IMG/VR virus record: IMGVR_UViG_3300007643_000036
Span: 1 to 33,000 of that record
DNA from: a virus
Lineage: Duplodnaviria > Caudoviricetes
Strand: one strand, 5' to 3'
DNA: 33,000 nt
Shown here one piece after another: positions 7,475 through 16,539 of the stretch. Made by a program: the position numbers and the translations under genes. The first letter of the stretch is position 1. Each line of letters opens with the position of its first letter. Under the pieces are notes generated by a model that worked only from the letters and a program-made list of their open reading frames with translations, made no database searches and was not told the origin of the DNA.

Positions 7475-7858
7475 ATGGCGGGTCGTCCAAGACTTCCGAA
7501 CGAGGTGGCAAAGGTCACTGGCGCGGCGGTCAAAAACCCACAAATGTTTCGCGGACGCGCCAAGCCTAAAGTCAAGAGCTTGGGACCAGCGCCTAAGCGG
7601 TTCACGGATGAGCAGAAGACGCTTTGGGATGAGTTCAATGATGACTTCCCTTGGCTTGGCCGCAGCGACCGTGGGCTGGTGGAAAGTGCCGTTATTCTAC
7701 GCGCTCTTTTGCAGGAGTTGGGGGCAGACGCGCCGATAACGCTGCACGCGCAATTGCGGCTGGCGCTTAGTTCGATGGGCGGGACGCCTGTTGATCGAAG
7801 CAAGGTGCAAGCGCCGGAAGATGACGAGGGAAGGCCAGAAGATGAGTTTTTGCAGTGA
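7475..7858 (+). CDS. terS: Terminase small subunit
   Basis: MAGRPRLP...LSSMGGTPVDRSKV motif; position upstream of terL. Confidence 0.75.
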   Translation: MAGRPRLPNEVAKVTGAAVKNPQMFRGRAKPKVKSLGPAPKRFTDEQKTLWDEFNDDFPWLGRSDRGLVESAVILRALLQELGADAPITLHAQLRLALSSMGGTPVDRSKVQAPEDDEGRPEDEFLQ

Positions 7859-8091
7859 GTGATGTGCCGGAGTGGGCCAAGGTGAAAGCGTCGAAGGACG
7901 ATTTGTCTAGAATGATCCGGGCTGCATACGAGACACATGGGCTTATGCGCGTTAGGCTATTCTGGTTTATTTCATACGGCTTTTATTCGGCCGGCCTATT
8001 CAACTGGTTGGGCGTGGCAAAGATGATGGTGTGCGGATGCATGTTTGACAAAAGCGTTTCCTTTAATTCCGTGTGTTGGAAGCGTGACTGA
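7855..8091 (+). CDS. Hypothetical protein
   Basis: GTG start overlapping the terS stop (GTGA); hydrophobic C-terminal half. Confidence 0.4.
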   Translation: MSDVPEWAKVKASKDDLSRMIRAAYETHGLMRVRLFWFISYGFYSAGLFNWLGVAKMMVCGCMFDKSVSFNSVCWKRD

Positions 8092-8143
8092 CGATCCAGT
8101 AGGCTGGTTCTATACGGTCGATGTTGATTGATTACCCTCTTGG

Positions 8144-8515
8144 TTAGGTAAACTCTGGGGCGTAAGCGAACGATGGGAGTTGAGGATCATTGCGTTCAGA
8201 TTGAAATTCTGTCTGGTAATGATCTTCGCAAACGAAAGCAGCGGCGGAAATTGCGCCCTGCGCAAGCAGTCCAACCAGACTGCCCTTAGTCATTTCGTCA
8301 TGCTCAAAGTCGAATGTTTCACAAAAAGCCGCGTTCATGACCAGCACGGTTAAGTCGGCGTCGGAGAATCCATCTGGCCTTTGAGTTTCAGGCAATTCTT
8401 TAAGTATCTGCGATACCTCGAAAGATGTGTCACTGTAGTCGTCAATATTGGGGCGGAGACGCAGCCTAATTTGGCCCATAAACTCTTGTTCAAACTGCTT
8501 GCTTTCATTTTCCAT
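8144..8515 (-). CDS. Moron-like acidic hypothetical protein inserted between terS and terL
   Basis: 123-aa ORF on the opposite strand with its own promoter. Confidence 0.7.
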   Translation of the reverse strand: MENESKQFEQEFMGQIRLRLRPNIDDYSDTSFEVSQILKELPETQRPDGFSDADLTVLVMNAAFCETFDFEHDEMTKGSLVGLLAQGAISAAAFVCEDHYQTEFQSERNDPQLPSFAYAPEFT

Positions 8516-8548
8516 AAGGGCGCGCCTTTTTAGGTGTCATCGGGTCAT

Positions 8549-8577
8549 AATATACAGGGAGTGGGATGCTTGTTCAA
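8549..8577 (-). promoter_or_regulatory. Sigma70-like promoter for the 8144..8515 moron
   Basis: Minus strand TTGAAC (8577-8572)-17 bp-TATATT (8554-8549). Confidence 0.55.
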
Positions 8578-10342
8578 TGACGTTGACCCCTGCACGGCCT
8601 ATGCCAAGGCTGTTGAAAGCGGAGAGGTAGTAGCGGGGCCGCACGTAAGGGACGCGGCCAAACGGCATCTGGACGATCTGGTCACGGGCGCGGATCGTGG
8701 TTTGTATTTCGACATGGAAGCGGCGGATCGTTTTTATCGGTTTTGCTCGACGGTTCTACGACTAAGTGAGGGGCAGTTTGATGGCGCTCCGTTTGAACTG
8801 GAACCATCGCAAAAGTTCATCTGTGGTTCGTTGTTTGGTTGGAAGTGGGCAAAGACAGACAAGCGAAGGTTTCGTCGGGCTTACATTGAGCAGGGTAAGG
8901 GTAACGGCAAGTCACCTATGGTTGGGGCCATTGGCCTTTATGGGATGGTTTCAGACGGAGAGGCTGGCGCGCAGGTCTACGCAGCCGGGGCAACCAAGGA
9001 ACAAGCGGGCATCCTGTTTCGGGATGCTGTGGGGATGGTGGATAAGGCACCCTCTCTGGATAAGATAATTCGGCGATCCGGCGGTCCGGGTAGGGAATAC
9101 AACCTTGCGCATTTGAAAAGCGGCTCATTCTTTCGGCCTGTGTCGCGGGAAACGAAAAAGACAGGCTCAGGGCCGCGACCGCACTTTGCTCTGTGCGACG
9201 AGGTTCACGAGCATCCAGACGGCGGCGTTATTGAAATTCTTGAACGTGGTTTCAAGTTTCGTGAGCAGCCGCTGCTAATTATGATTACGAATAGCGGTTC
9301 AGATCGGCAAAGCATTTGCTGGCAGGAACGGCAACACGCGGTCAAGGTTGCCGCACAGGATACGGAAGACGACACAACTTTCAGTTACGTTTGCGCGCTT
9401 GATCCCGATGACGAGCCGTTTGAAGACCCGGCGTGCTGGATCAAGGCAAACCCGCTTTTGGGTGTGACCATCACAGAAGAATATTTAGCCTTGCAGGTTA
9501 AGCAGGCCAAAGACATTGCGGCGAAGGCAAACGGTATCCGCCGCCTGCATTTCTGCGAATGGACAGACGCTGAAAGCGCGTGGATCAGTCGCGCCATGTG
9601 GGAAAGCGTTGAAGACCACACGTTGGACATTGATCAATTCAAGGGGAAGCGAGCATTTGCCGGATTGGACTTGTCAGCGAAAACCGACCTTACGGCAAAG
9701 GCGCTGGTTTTCCCCGACGGGCAAGCAGAAGATGGCAAGCCAATGTTTGCGGCGTTTGTTCATGGCTACACGCCAGCCGATACCCTTAAAGCACGGGCTG
9801 AAAGGGACGGCGCGCCATACGATTTGTGGGTGGACGCGGGGTTCATAACAGCAACGCCGGGGAAAAAGACGCGGCTGGATTACGTTGCGCAGGATTTGAT
9901 TGATGACTCAGAGTCGTTTGATCTGGATTTTGTTGCATACGACAATTTTTTGATTGCGGATTTTGAAGCCGTTGTGGGCGATATGGGCGCAAGCCTCCCC
10001 ATGCTGGATCACCCGCAGGGCTGGAATAAGCGAAAACGCGACACACCAGACGGAACAGAAATAACGCTTTGGATGCCTGGTTCTGTTGATGAGTTGGAAA
10101 CGCTCATCATGGAAGGCAGGATTCGGGTGCATGTAAACCCGGCTTTGAGATCTGCGGTTTCTTCTGCGACGTTTGACACTTCGCCTGCGGATTTGCGGCG
10201 GTTTACGAAACACAAGGCCACGGGCCGAATTGATATGGCGGTGGCTCTGGCAATGGCCGTTGGCGCTGCGACCGCAAGGGATGACGGAGATATTCCGACC
10301 TCGCCTTGGGATGACGAAGATTTTGTTTTGGAGGTCGGCTAA
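8570..10342 (+). CDS. terL: Terminase large subunit
   Basis: Walker A GKGNGKS, Walker B ALCDEVHE, nuclease GLDLS and GRIDMAVALAMA. TTG 8570 after GGGAG is preferred; the ORF is open from 8534. Confidence 0.95.
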   Translation: MFNDVDPCTAYAKAVESGEVVAGPHVRDAAKRHLDDLVTGADRGLYFDMEAADRFYRFCSTVLRLSEGQFDGAPFELEPSQKFICGSLFGWKWAKTDKRRFRRAYIEQGKGNGKSPMVGAIGLYGMVSDGEAGAQVYAAGATKEQAGILFRDAVGMVDKAPSLDKIIRRSGGPGREYNLAHLKSGSFFRPVSRETKKTGSGPRPHFALCDEVHEHPDGGVIEILERGFKFREQPLLIMITNSGSDRQSICWQERQHAVKVAAQDTEDDTTFSYVCALDPDDEPFEDPACWIKANPLLGVTITEEYLALQVKQAKDIAAKANGIRRLHFCEWTDAESAWISRAMWESVEDHTLDIDQFKGKRAFAGLDLSAKTDLTAKALVFPDGQAEDGKPMFAAFVHGYTPADTLKARAERDGAPYDLWVDAGFITATPGKKTRLDYVAQDLIDDSESFDLDFVAYDNFLIADFEAVVGDMGASLPMLDHPQGWNKRKRDTPDGTEITLWMPGSVDELETLIMEGRIRVHVNPALRSAVSSATFDTSPADLRRFTKHKATGRIDMAVALAMAVGAATARDDGDIPTSPWDDEDFVLEVG

Positions 10343-11577
10343 TGTTTGGTTTCGGCAAGCGCGAAAAACGGGGGGCGACATTTACGCAAGCAGAGCCGCG
10401 TTCTTTTTTGGAAATCATTGGCCTGAATGTTTCTGCATCGGTATCCATGGAGGAGGCGTTAGGCGTTCCCGCTGTTTGGGCCGCGATTAACTTTCTTTCC
10501 GGCACGATTGCGGGGTTGCCGTTGAACGTCTTTGAAAAGGACGCGAAAGGCAACAAAAAGAAGGTTAAGGGAACTAAGCCAAACCCTATTGTGCCAATGC
10601 TTCACGACGCCGTGAACGAAGGGACATCTTCCTTTCAGTGGCGCTATGATATGTTTTCAACGGGCGTTCTGACGGAAGGCCGATTTGTTACCTACATTGA
10701 GCGCGACGGACGCGGCCAGCCCATTAATTTGTTCCCGCTGGTTGATGCGCGGGTGCGCAGGACAGCAACGGGCCGGAAGGAATACACGGTCACGGTCAAC
10801 GGCAAAGATAAGACATATCCGGCGGCTGACGTGCTGGATATTACATTCATGCTGCGGAATGATCTGTTAACACACCGTTCGCCGCTTCGTCAGTGCGCTG
10901 TTGCAATCGGCAAGGCAGTAAATTCGAACGAATACGGCTCTAAGCTGTTTAAGAACGGCGGTCTACCCGCGTTTGCATTGCAGGGACCGTTTGGCTCTGA
11001 GAAATCAGCGTCAAGGGCGTCTGAGAATGTCGCGGAGGCAACTAAGAAGGCGGCACAGCAAGGCGGGAATGTTTTGGCTATCCCGTTGGGCCACGAGTTG
11101 AAGCCTTTGGGGGCTGACCCCGAAAAATTGCAAATGACTGAGGCGCAACGGTTCGCGGTTGAGGAAATTGCACGGATTTACAGCTTGCCGCCTACGTTCT
11201 TGCAAGACCTGACGCACGGAACATTCAGCAACACGGAACAGCAAGATCTGCACTTTGTAAAACACACCTTGAAGCGGTGGATTGAACAGCTTGAGCAGGA
11301 AATGAACCTAAAATTCTTTGGACGCGGATCAAATCGGTTTGTTGAGTTCAATTTGGATGGCCTTCTGCGGGGCGATTACAAAACCCGCATGGAGGGCAAT
11401 GCAAGGGCGATCCAGACCGGACAGCTTACGCCAGACGAGGCGCGCGCCATGGATAACCGTGAACCTAAGCCTGGAGGCGACCAATTGTTGATCCAAGGGG
11501 CAACGGTTCCGCTTGACGGACACACAGCCGATATGGCGACACAACCCACGGAAGGGGAAAACGATGGAGAAGCGTGA
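10342..11577 (+). CDS. Portal protein, HK97 family
   Basis: VPAVWAAINFLSGTIAGLPL; EEIARIYSLPP; TFSNTEQQ; LLRGDYKTR; TPDEARAMDN. Confidence 0.95.
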   Translation: MFGFGKREKRGATFTQAEPRSFLEIIGLNVSASVSMEEALGVPAVWAAINFLSGTIAGLPLNVFEKDAKGNKKKVKGTKPNPIVPMLHDAVNEGTSSFQWRYDMFSTGVLTEGRFVTYIERDGRGQPINLFPLVDARVRRTATGRKEYTVTVNGKDKTYPAADVLDITFMLRNDLLTHRSPLRQCAVAIGKAVNSNEYGSKLFKNGGLPAFALQGPFGSEKSASRASENVAEATKKAAQQGGNVLAIPLGHELKPLGADPEKLQMTEAQRFAVEEIARIYSLPPTFLQDLTHGTFSNTEQQDLHFVKHTLKRWIEQLEQEMNLKFFGRGSNRFVEFNLDGLLRGDYKTRMEGNARAIQTGQLTPDEARAMDNREPKPGGDQLLIQGATVPLDGHTADMATQPTEGENDGEA

Positions 11578-12133
11578 AATTCGCGCGGGAATCCCCGCCG
11601 AAATCAGGGCAGACGATGACGGCATAAAAGTTGAAGGTTATGCCGCAGTTTTTGACGAGGAAACCGACATTGGCGGCATTTTCCGCGAAAAGATTGAACG
11701 CGGGGCGTTTTCTGAGGCAATTGGCCGTGATGATGTGGTTTTTCTTATCAATCACGAAGGTTTGCCGTTGGCGCGGACACGTTCAGGCACGTTGACCCTG
11801 ACAGAAGACGACCACGGACTGAAAATTGAAACGGCGCTTGATCCAGATGACCCAGACGTAAAGTCGATTTCCGGCAAGATGAAACGCGGCGATTTGGACA
11901 AGATGTCCTTTGCGTTTTACCCCGAAATTCAGGAGTGGGACGAGGCAAGCGAAATCCCGCTTCGCACAATCAAAAAGGCGTCACTTTTTGACGTTAGCAT
12001 TGTGACAACTCCGGCTTATGACGGAACTGAAATCGCGCTGCGGTCCCTTGAGGCTGCTCGTAAGACCAAGAAACGATCAACACTACCGAACAAACGTCGC
12101 GTTCTGGAAATGATAGAACGCGGCCTGATTTAA
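11564..12133 (+). CDS. Prohead protease, HK97 family
   Basis: VEGYAAVF, FREKIERGAF, LINH, MSFAF and LFDVSIVTTPAY motifs. Confidence 0.95.
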   Translation: MEKREIRAGIPAEIRADDDGIKVEGYAAVFDEETDIGGIFREKIERGAFSEAIGRDDVVFLINHEGLPLARTRSGTLTLTEDDHGLKIETALDPDDPDVKSISGKMKRGDLDKMSFAFYPEIQEWDEASEIPLRTIKKASLFDVSIVTTPAYDGTEIALRSLEAARKTKKRSTLPNKRRVLEMIERGLI

Positions 12134-12157
12134 CGGCGCTCTCGCTGTTAACGCCCT

Positions 12158-12229
12158 AAATTCCGACCCTTGGGCAAGGTCTGGATTTGAACGCCGTGAG
12201 GCGTCCTGTCCCATTGATGGAGGCCATAA
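12158..12229 (+). promoter_or_regulatory. Structured 5' leader, copy 1 (upstream of major capsid gene)
   Basis: GACC-C-TT-GGGC-AA-GGTC, ACGCC-GTGA-GGCGT and CCA-TTGA-TGG(AGG) hairpins; homologous to 15692-15766. Confidence 0.7.
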
Positions 12230-13504
12230 ATGGCAACTTTGAAGGAACTGCGGGAGCAGATGGCGAACGCCGCCACCGAAGCCCGTTCTCTGCTTGATCA
12301 AGCATCGGCAGAAAAAGACGAAGCCCGTGCGGCTGAGTTGGAAACACAGCACGATAAAGCGATGTCTGACTACGACGCGCTGAATGCTAAAGTAGAACGC
12401 TTGTCAAAGCTGGAAAGCATTGAGGCGCGCGCTATTGAGGCTGCTGAAGCAGAAGAACGGGCCAAGCGTGAATCTAATCGCCCCGGCGCGGAAGCTGGCG
12501 AGGCACGTCAGGGCGGTGACATGGATTACGACGCGGCCTTTGTTGAATATCTGCGCAGCCAAGGCCAAGAGGGTTCAATGACCGCTGAGGCGCGGGCAAT
12601 CCTTCGCGGCGGATATGAGCAGCTTGAAGCACGTGCGCAGACAACTACTGCTGCGGCGGGTGGCTACACTGTCCCAACTGAAATGGCGAACTTTATCGTC
12701 AAGTCGATGGCGGCGTATGGTCCGATGTATGACTCCGATGTAACCATGGAAATGGTAACATCTGGCGGTGGTCAGATCACCATTCCAACAGTTGACGACA
12801 CTTCGGCTGTGGTTGTTAAGCATTCCGAGGGCGTTACGCTGACGGATGACGGCGGTTCTGACGTGACCTTCGGTCAAAAGACGCTGGATGCGTTCCCGTT
12901 CAACACTGAATGGTTGCGTGTTTCCAAAGAATTGGTTGATGACAGTGCGTTCAATGTCAATCAATTCTTGGGTGAGCTTCTTGGTGAACGTCTTGGGCGC
13001 CGCGCCAACACCGAACTGACTGTTGGTGATGGCACTGGCGACCCCAACGGCGTCGTGACTGCATCCGCAGCAGGTAAGACAGCCGCCGCAACGGGTGCTG
13101 TGACGCTGGACGAGTTGATCGACCTGATTCACTCTGTTGATCCGGCTTACCGGACCTCGCCAAAGGTGCGCTTCATGTTCAATGACGCAACTTTCGGTGC
13201 GCTTCGCAAGCTGAAAGATGGTGAAGGTCAGTATCTGTGGCAGCCTAACAACCAGCAGGGCGCTGCTCCGCTGTTTATGGGCCACAACTACAGCGTCAAC
13301 CAAGCAATGGCGTCCATGTCCACTGGCACCAAGCCAATCATCTTTGGTGACTTGGGTAAATATATCGTGCGCAAGGTTGGCTCGCCTTTGATTGGAGCAA
13401 TCCAAGACAAGGACTTCTGGCCCGGCTTTGGCATCGCTGGTTATATTCGCTTTGACGGTGAATTGACTGACACAGCAGCCGTTAAGCACCTTGTAATGGC
13501 CTAA
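12230..13504 (+). CDS. Major capsid protein, HK97 fold
   Basis: Coiled-coil delta domain, GGYTVP, VSKELVDDS, GDGTGDPNG, LRKLKDGEGQYLWQP and IIFGD motifs. Confidence 0.97.
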   Translation: MATLKELREQMANAATEARSLLDQASAEKDEARAAELETQHDKAMSDYDALNAKVERLSKLESIEARAIEAAEAEERAKRESNRPGAEAGEARQGGDMDYDAAFVEYLRSQGQEGSMTAEARAILRGGYEQLEARAQTTTAAAGGYTVPTEMANFIVKSMAAYGPMYDSDVTMEMVTSGGGQITIPTVDDTSAVVVKHSEGVTLTDDGGSDVTFGQKTLDAFPFNTEWLRVSKELVDDSAFNVNQFLGELLGERLGRRANTELTVGDGTGDPNGVVTASAAGKTAAATGAVTLDELIDLIHSVDPAYRTSPKVRFMFNDATFGALRKLKDGEGQYLWQPNNQQGAAPLFMGHNYSVNQAMASMSTGTKPIIFGDLGKYIVRKVGSPLIGAIQDKDFWPGFGIAGYIRFDGELTDTAAVKHLVMA

Positions 13505-13511
13505 CGATAAC

Positions 13512-13547
13512 GCCACGGGCGGTTCGCTGCCCGTGGCCCCTCTTTCC
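13512..13547 (+). terminator. Stem-loop after the capsid gene (weak terminator or mRNA stabiliser)
   Basis: GCCACGGGCGG-TTCG-CTGCCCGTGGC followed by an imperfect pyrimidine tract. Confidence 0.6.
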
Positions 13548-13561
13548 AAAGGAAAAGAACA

Positions 13562-13759
13562 ATGGCAAATGTTAAAGTTTATACGCCACAAGGCGGCAAT
13601 ACGCTGAACGTCGATGACGGTGGCGCGATTGTCTTGGGCGATATTACCCTGATAGTTAACGGCACTGATGTTGTTATTACAGGGCTTCCAACTTCCGACC
13701 CGTCAGTTGCTGGTGCGATTTATTCCAACAGCGGCGTTCTAACGCTGAGTGCTGGCTAA
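13562..13759 (+). CDS. Small virion protein (possible head decoration)
   Basis: Follows the capsid gene; contains LPTSDPSVAGAIYSNSGVL; AAGGA RBS. Confidence 0.6.
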   Translation: MANVKVYTPQGGNTLNVDDGGAIVLGDITLIVNGTDVVITGLPTSDPSVAGAIYSNSGVLTLSAG

Positions 13760-13944
13760 TGCTGGTTCGGCTTCTCGTCCCCCGTGCCACCCCGTTCGGG
13801 CCTGAAAGCATTGGGGACGAAATCAACGTCCCTGACGATGAGGCGTTGCGCATGATCAAAGCGGAGCAGGCCGAAATCGTCCAGACACGCAAGACGCCTG
13901 AAAAGGCGGTAAAGCGTCCAAAGGCAAGGAAGGCCAAAAAGTGA
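13759..13944 (+). CDS. Small basic-tailed head-module protein
   Basis: Coupled start; GDEINVPDDEALRMIKAEQAE pattern often seen after capsid genes. Confidence 0.65.
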   Translation: MLVRLLVPRATPFGPESIGDEINVPDDEALRMIKAEQAEIVQTRKTPEKAVKRPKARKAKK

Positions 13945-14519
13945 TTTACCGTTCGGGCGACCATATCCTGACACTGGCCACCGCTCCTGCGTCGATCCCC
14001 GTGTCACTGGATAACATGAAGGCACATCTGCGCGTTGATGGTTCCGATGAAGATATGCTGATTTCGGCCTATCTAAACGCGGCCACGGCTGCGCTGGATG
14101 GGGAAGGTGAGTTGAGCCGTGCAATCATCACGCAATCGTGGGACGAGGCATTCAAAAACCCGTCGCGCGATGTTTATTTGAGCATGAAGCCAGCGGCCAG
14201 CCTGACAAGTGTTAAATATTATGACACTGACAATGTAGAGCAGACTGCAACGCTTGGTGACTTCACGCTTTACAGTTCTTCGGATTGGGCCTTTGTGCGG
14301 TCTGACAGCTGGCCTGCCACATATGACCGCCCCGACGCGATAACGGTTCGATACGTGGCGGGTGAAGCAAGCGCCCCTGAAAATATCGTGCAGGCAGTCA
14401 AATTGATTGTGTCGCACTGGTATCAAAACCGTGAAGATACAAGCGAACTAAATCTAAAGGAAATCCCCCGCGCGGCCTCGCACTTGATCGGCCTTTCGCG
14501 GTTGGGATGGTATGGCTAA
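13941..14519 (+). CDS. Head-tail connector (gp6-like adaptor)
   Basis: PVSLDNMKAHLRVD..DED.LI and P..I.QAVKLIVSHWYQNRE. Confidence 0.9.
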   Translation: MIYRSGDHILTLATAPASIPVSLDNMKAHLRVDGSDEDMLISAYLNAATAALDGEGELSRAIITQSWDEAFKNPSRDVYLSMKPAASLTSVKYYDTDNVEQTATLGDFTLYSSSDWAFVRSDSWPATYDRPDAITVRYVAGEASAPENIVQAVKLIVSHWYQNREDTSELNLKEIPRAASHLIGLSRLGWYG

Positions 14520-14521
14520 CC

Positions 14522-14866
14522 ATGAAGCGCAACGGCAGGGCAGGCGCGCTTGATCAACGGGTGACGTTTCAGGCCAAAACCTTTGCGGATGACGGGGGCG
14601 GCGGTAGCACCGCAACGTGGGCGAATGTTCCTAGCGTTCCGACTGTTTGGGCTGCGGCTGAAGCCATGCGATCCATTGAATCAATCACAGAGGGCCGCGT
14701 GAATGCTTCTGGGCTTTATAGCTTCACGGTTCGCTATCGAACGGACATTGATGAAACCTGCCGCATTCTCTGGAATAGCGAGGCGTTCAACATTGTTGAC
14801 GTAAAGCGCAGCAGTGGGCGTGAACTGTATTTGGTTATTCAAGCCGAGCGCGGCGAACTGCAATGA
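14522..14866 (+). CDS. Head closure / head-tail adaptor (SPP1 gp16-like)
   Basis: AGALDQRVTFQ...DDGGGG...W...TVWA...FTVRYRTDI. Confidence 0.85.
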   Translation: MKRNGRAGALDQRVTFQAKTFADDGGGGSTATWANVPSVPTVWAAAEAMRSIESITEGRVNASGLYSFTVRYRTDIDETCRILWNSEAFNIVDVKRSSGRELYLVIQAERGELQ

Positions 14867-15267
14867 AATTCAACGGCACAATTCGCGGCCTTGATGACGT
14901 GAAGCAAATCCTGGAACAAGCCACGCCGAAGCACGGCGAAGCGATTATGCGTGCAACCGTGCATGATATTTCTGGCCAGATAGTGAAAGACGCAAAGCGA
15001 AACGCGCCAGAAGATGAAGGCGATTTGAAGGCGTCAATCAAAAACAAACGCCGCCGAAAGCGGTTTGGTGTTTTGAGGTCTGACGCGATTGTTCAGCGGT
15101 TTGCCTATTACTGGCGCTTTTTGGAATACGGTGATGGGCCGGATGGCGAGGAACACGCGATGTTCCTTCGTGCATTGCAGAAGATGAAGCCAAACATTGA
15201 ATCGGTGTTTCTCAACTCGTTCGGGAAAAAGTTGGTCGCGCGCCTGAATAGGGCAAGGAAAAACTAA
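14863..15267 (+). CDS. HK97 gp10-like neck/tail completion protein
   Basis: AKRNAPEDEGDLKASI and YWRFLEYG motifs. Confidence 0.85.
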   Translation: MKFNGTIRGLDDVKQILEQATPKHGEAIMRATVHDISGQIVKDAKRNAPEDEGDLKASIKNKRRRKRFGVLRSDAIVQRFAYYWRFLEYGDGPDGEEHAMFLRALQKMKPNIESVFLNSFGKKLVARLNRARKN

Positions 15268-15680
15268 TGGCTGCTGAATTTGAAATTCAAAAGGCGCTCT
15301 ATACCGCACTTAACGGTGACGTGACTGTTAGCGGCCTTGTGGCGTCGGTTCGGGATGCGGGACAGCAAGCGTCAGACGGCGGCGCAGCTTCGGCGTTTCC
15401 ATACATTGAGGTCGGTTTTATCTCGCTTGCTGAATACGACACGCAGCGCCAGACCGGGTTTGATTTTCTGGCACGCATTCACACTTGGAGCCGCAGCGCG
15501 TCCATGAAGGAAGTGAAGCTAATTCAGGGCGCTATTTATGATGTTCTGCACGTTCAGAATTTAACGATTACAGGTCACAGCAATATCTTGCTGCGGCGTG
15601 AGGAAAGCGACGTATTGCGCGCCTCAAGCGGGGCGTTTCACGGCGTCTGCGAATATCGGGGTCTTGTCGAAAAGACATAA
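15267..15680 (+). CDS. Tail terminator (DUF3168-like)
   Basis: IQKALYTAL, FPYIEVG, IHTWSR and FHGV motifs; synteny. Confidence 0.85.
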   Translation: MAAEFEIQKALYTALNGDVTVSGLVASVRDAGQQASDGGAASAFPYIEVGFISLAEYDTQRQTGFDFLARIHTWSRSASMKEVKLIQGAIYDVLHVQNLTITGHSNILLRREESDVLRASSGAFHGVCEYRGLVEKT

Positions 15681-15691
15681 ACCGAAAGCCC

Positions 15692-15766
15692 ATTCATCGC
15701 GCCTTGGGCAAGCGCGTTTGATTGAGCGCCGTGAGGCGTCCAATTCCCTTTGAAGGAGCCTAAACA
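15692..15766 (+). promoter_or_regulatory. Structured 5' leader, copy 2 (upstream of major tail gene)
   Basis: CGCGC-C-TT-GGGC-AA-GCGCG, GCGCC-GTGA-GGCGT and CCT-TTGA-AGG(AG) hairpins. Confidence 0.7.
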
Positions 15767-16168
15767 ATGGCAAAGACTGCGGGTAGAGACTACCTTATCA
15801 AAAAGAACGATGTCACCATCGCGGGCGTTCGCGTTGTTGGCATGACATGGGCTGGACAGCCTATCGACGTTACGGATCAAGGCGATGATGGGATTACAAC
15901 CTATCTTGGCAGTGAGTTTGCAAACGAAACGCTTGAAATCTCGGTTGAAGGTGTTGAAGACGGCGACGTTCTTGCCGATCTGGCGTTTGGGACAACCTCT
16001 TCGGCGCGTCACTTGACTGACATTACCATTGACCGCCCAAATGGCGATACGGTGTCAGGCACATTCATCATGACAAACTATGCTGAAACCGGGAACTACC
16101 AAGAGGCGACAACCTTTACGGCCAGCCTTGTTCGTTCCGGCATCCACACACTGACGCCGGGTGCGTAA
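15767..16168 (+). CDS. Major tail tube protein (TP901-1/GTA-like)
   Basis: MAKTAGRDYLIK...IAGVR...PIDVTD...G.F..T......G.Y.EATTFTASL..SG pattern. Confidence 0.85.
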   Translation: MAKTAGRDYLIKKNDVTIAGVRVVGMTWAGQPIDVTDQGDDGITTYLGSEFANETLEISVEGVEDGDVLADLAFGTTSSARHLTDITIDRPNGDTVSGTFIMTNYAETGNYQEATTFTASLVRSGIHTLTPGA

Positions 16169-16170
16169 GC

Positions 16171-16539
16171 GTGACTGGTTTTGAAGATGTAAACCTTGAA
16201 TGGGACGGTGAGACATTCACCGTTCCTGCCGAACGGGTGTTTGAGTTGGTGCGCCGGGTTGAAACTATCCTGATGGACGGGGGCAATTCCCCGGCGTTTG
16301 TTCTGTTGCTTAATAATCGTGTCGCGCAGTCTACATTGGCGCTTGCCTATGCGGAGGCGTTGCGGTTCGCAGGGGCTAACGTAACAGGCTCCACTGTGTA
16401 TCTGAGCATTATGAATGACTTTGCGTCAGACGCCGCGACCGCTGCCGAAAAAGTGCAGAACGCCATTGTTGGTTTGCTCATGGTTATTTCCCCGCCTATG
16501 GCGGCTGAGATAATTGGCGAGCCTTCCGAAAAAAAGTAG
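16171..16539 (+). CDS. Tail assembly chaperone (gpG-like)
   Basis: Lies between the tail tube and tape measure genes; ends in GAA AAA AAG TAG. Confidence 0.8.
   Translation: MTGFEDVNLEWDGETFTVPAERVFELVRRVETILMDGGNSPAFVLLLNNRVAQSTLALAYAEALRFAGANVTGSTVYLSIMNDFASDAATAAEKVQNAIVGLLMVISPPMAAEIIGEPSEKK

Noticed and set aside
12575-13591. 338-aa ORF antisense to the major capsid gene
   Set aside because: Shadow ORF expected from the biased codon usage of a highly expressed gene; no RBS or recognisable motif
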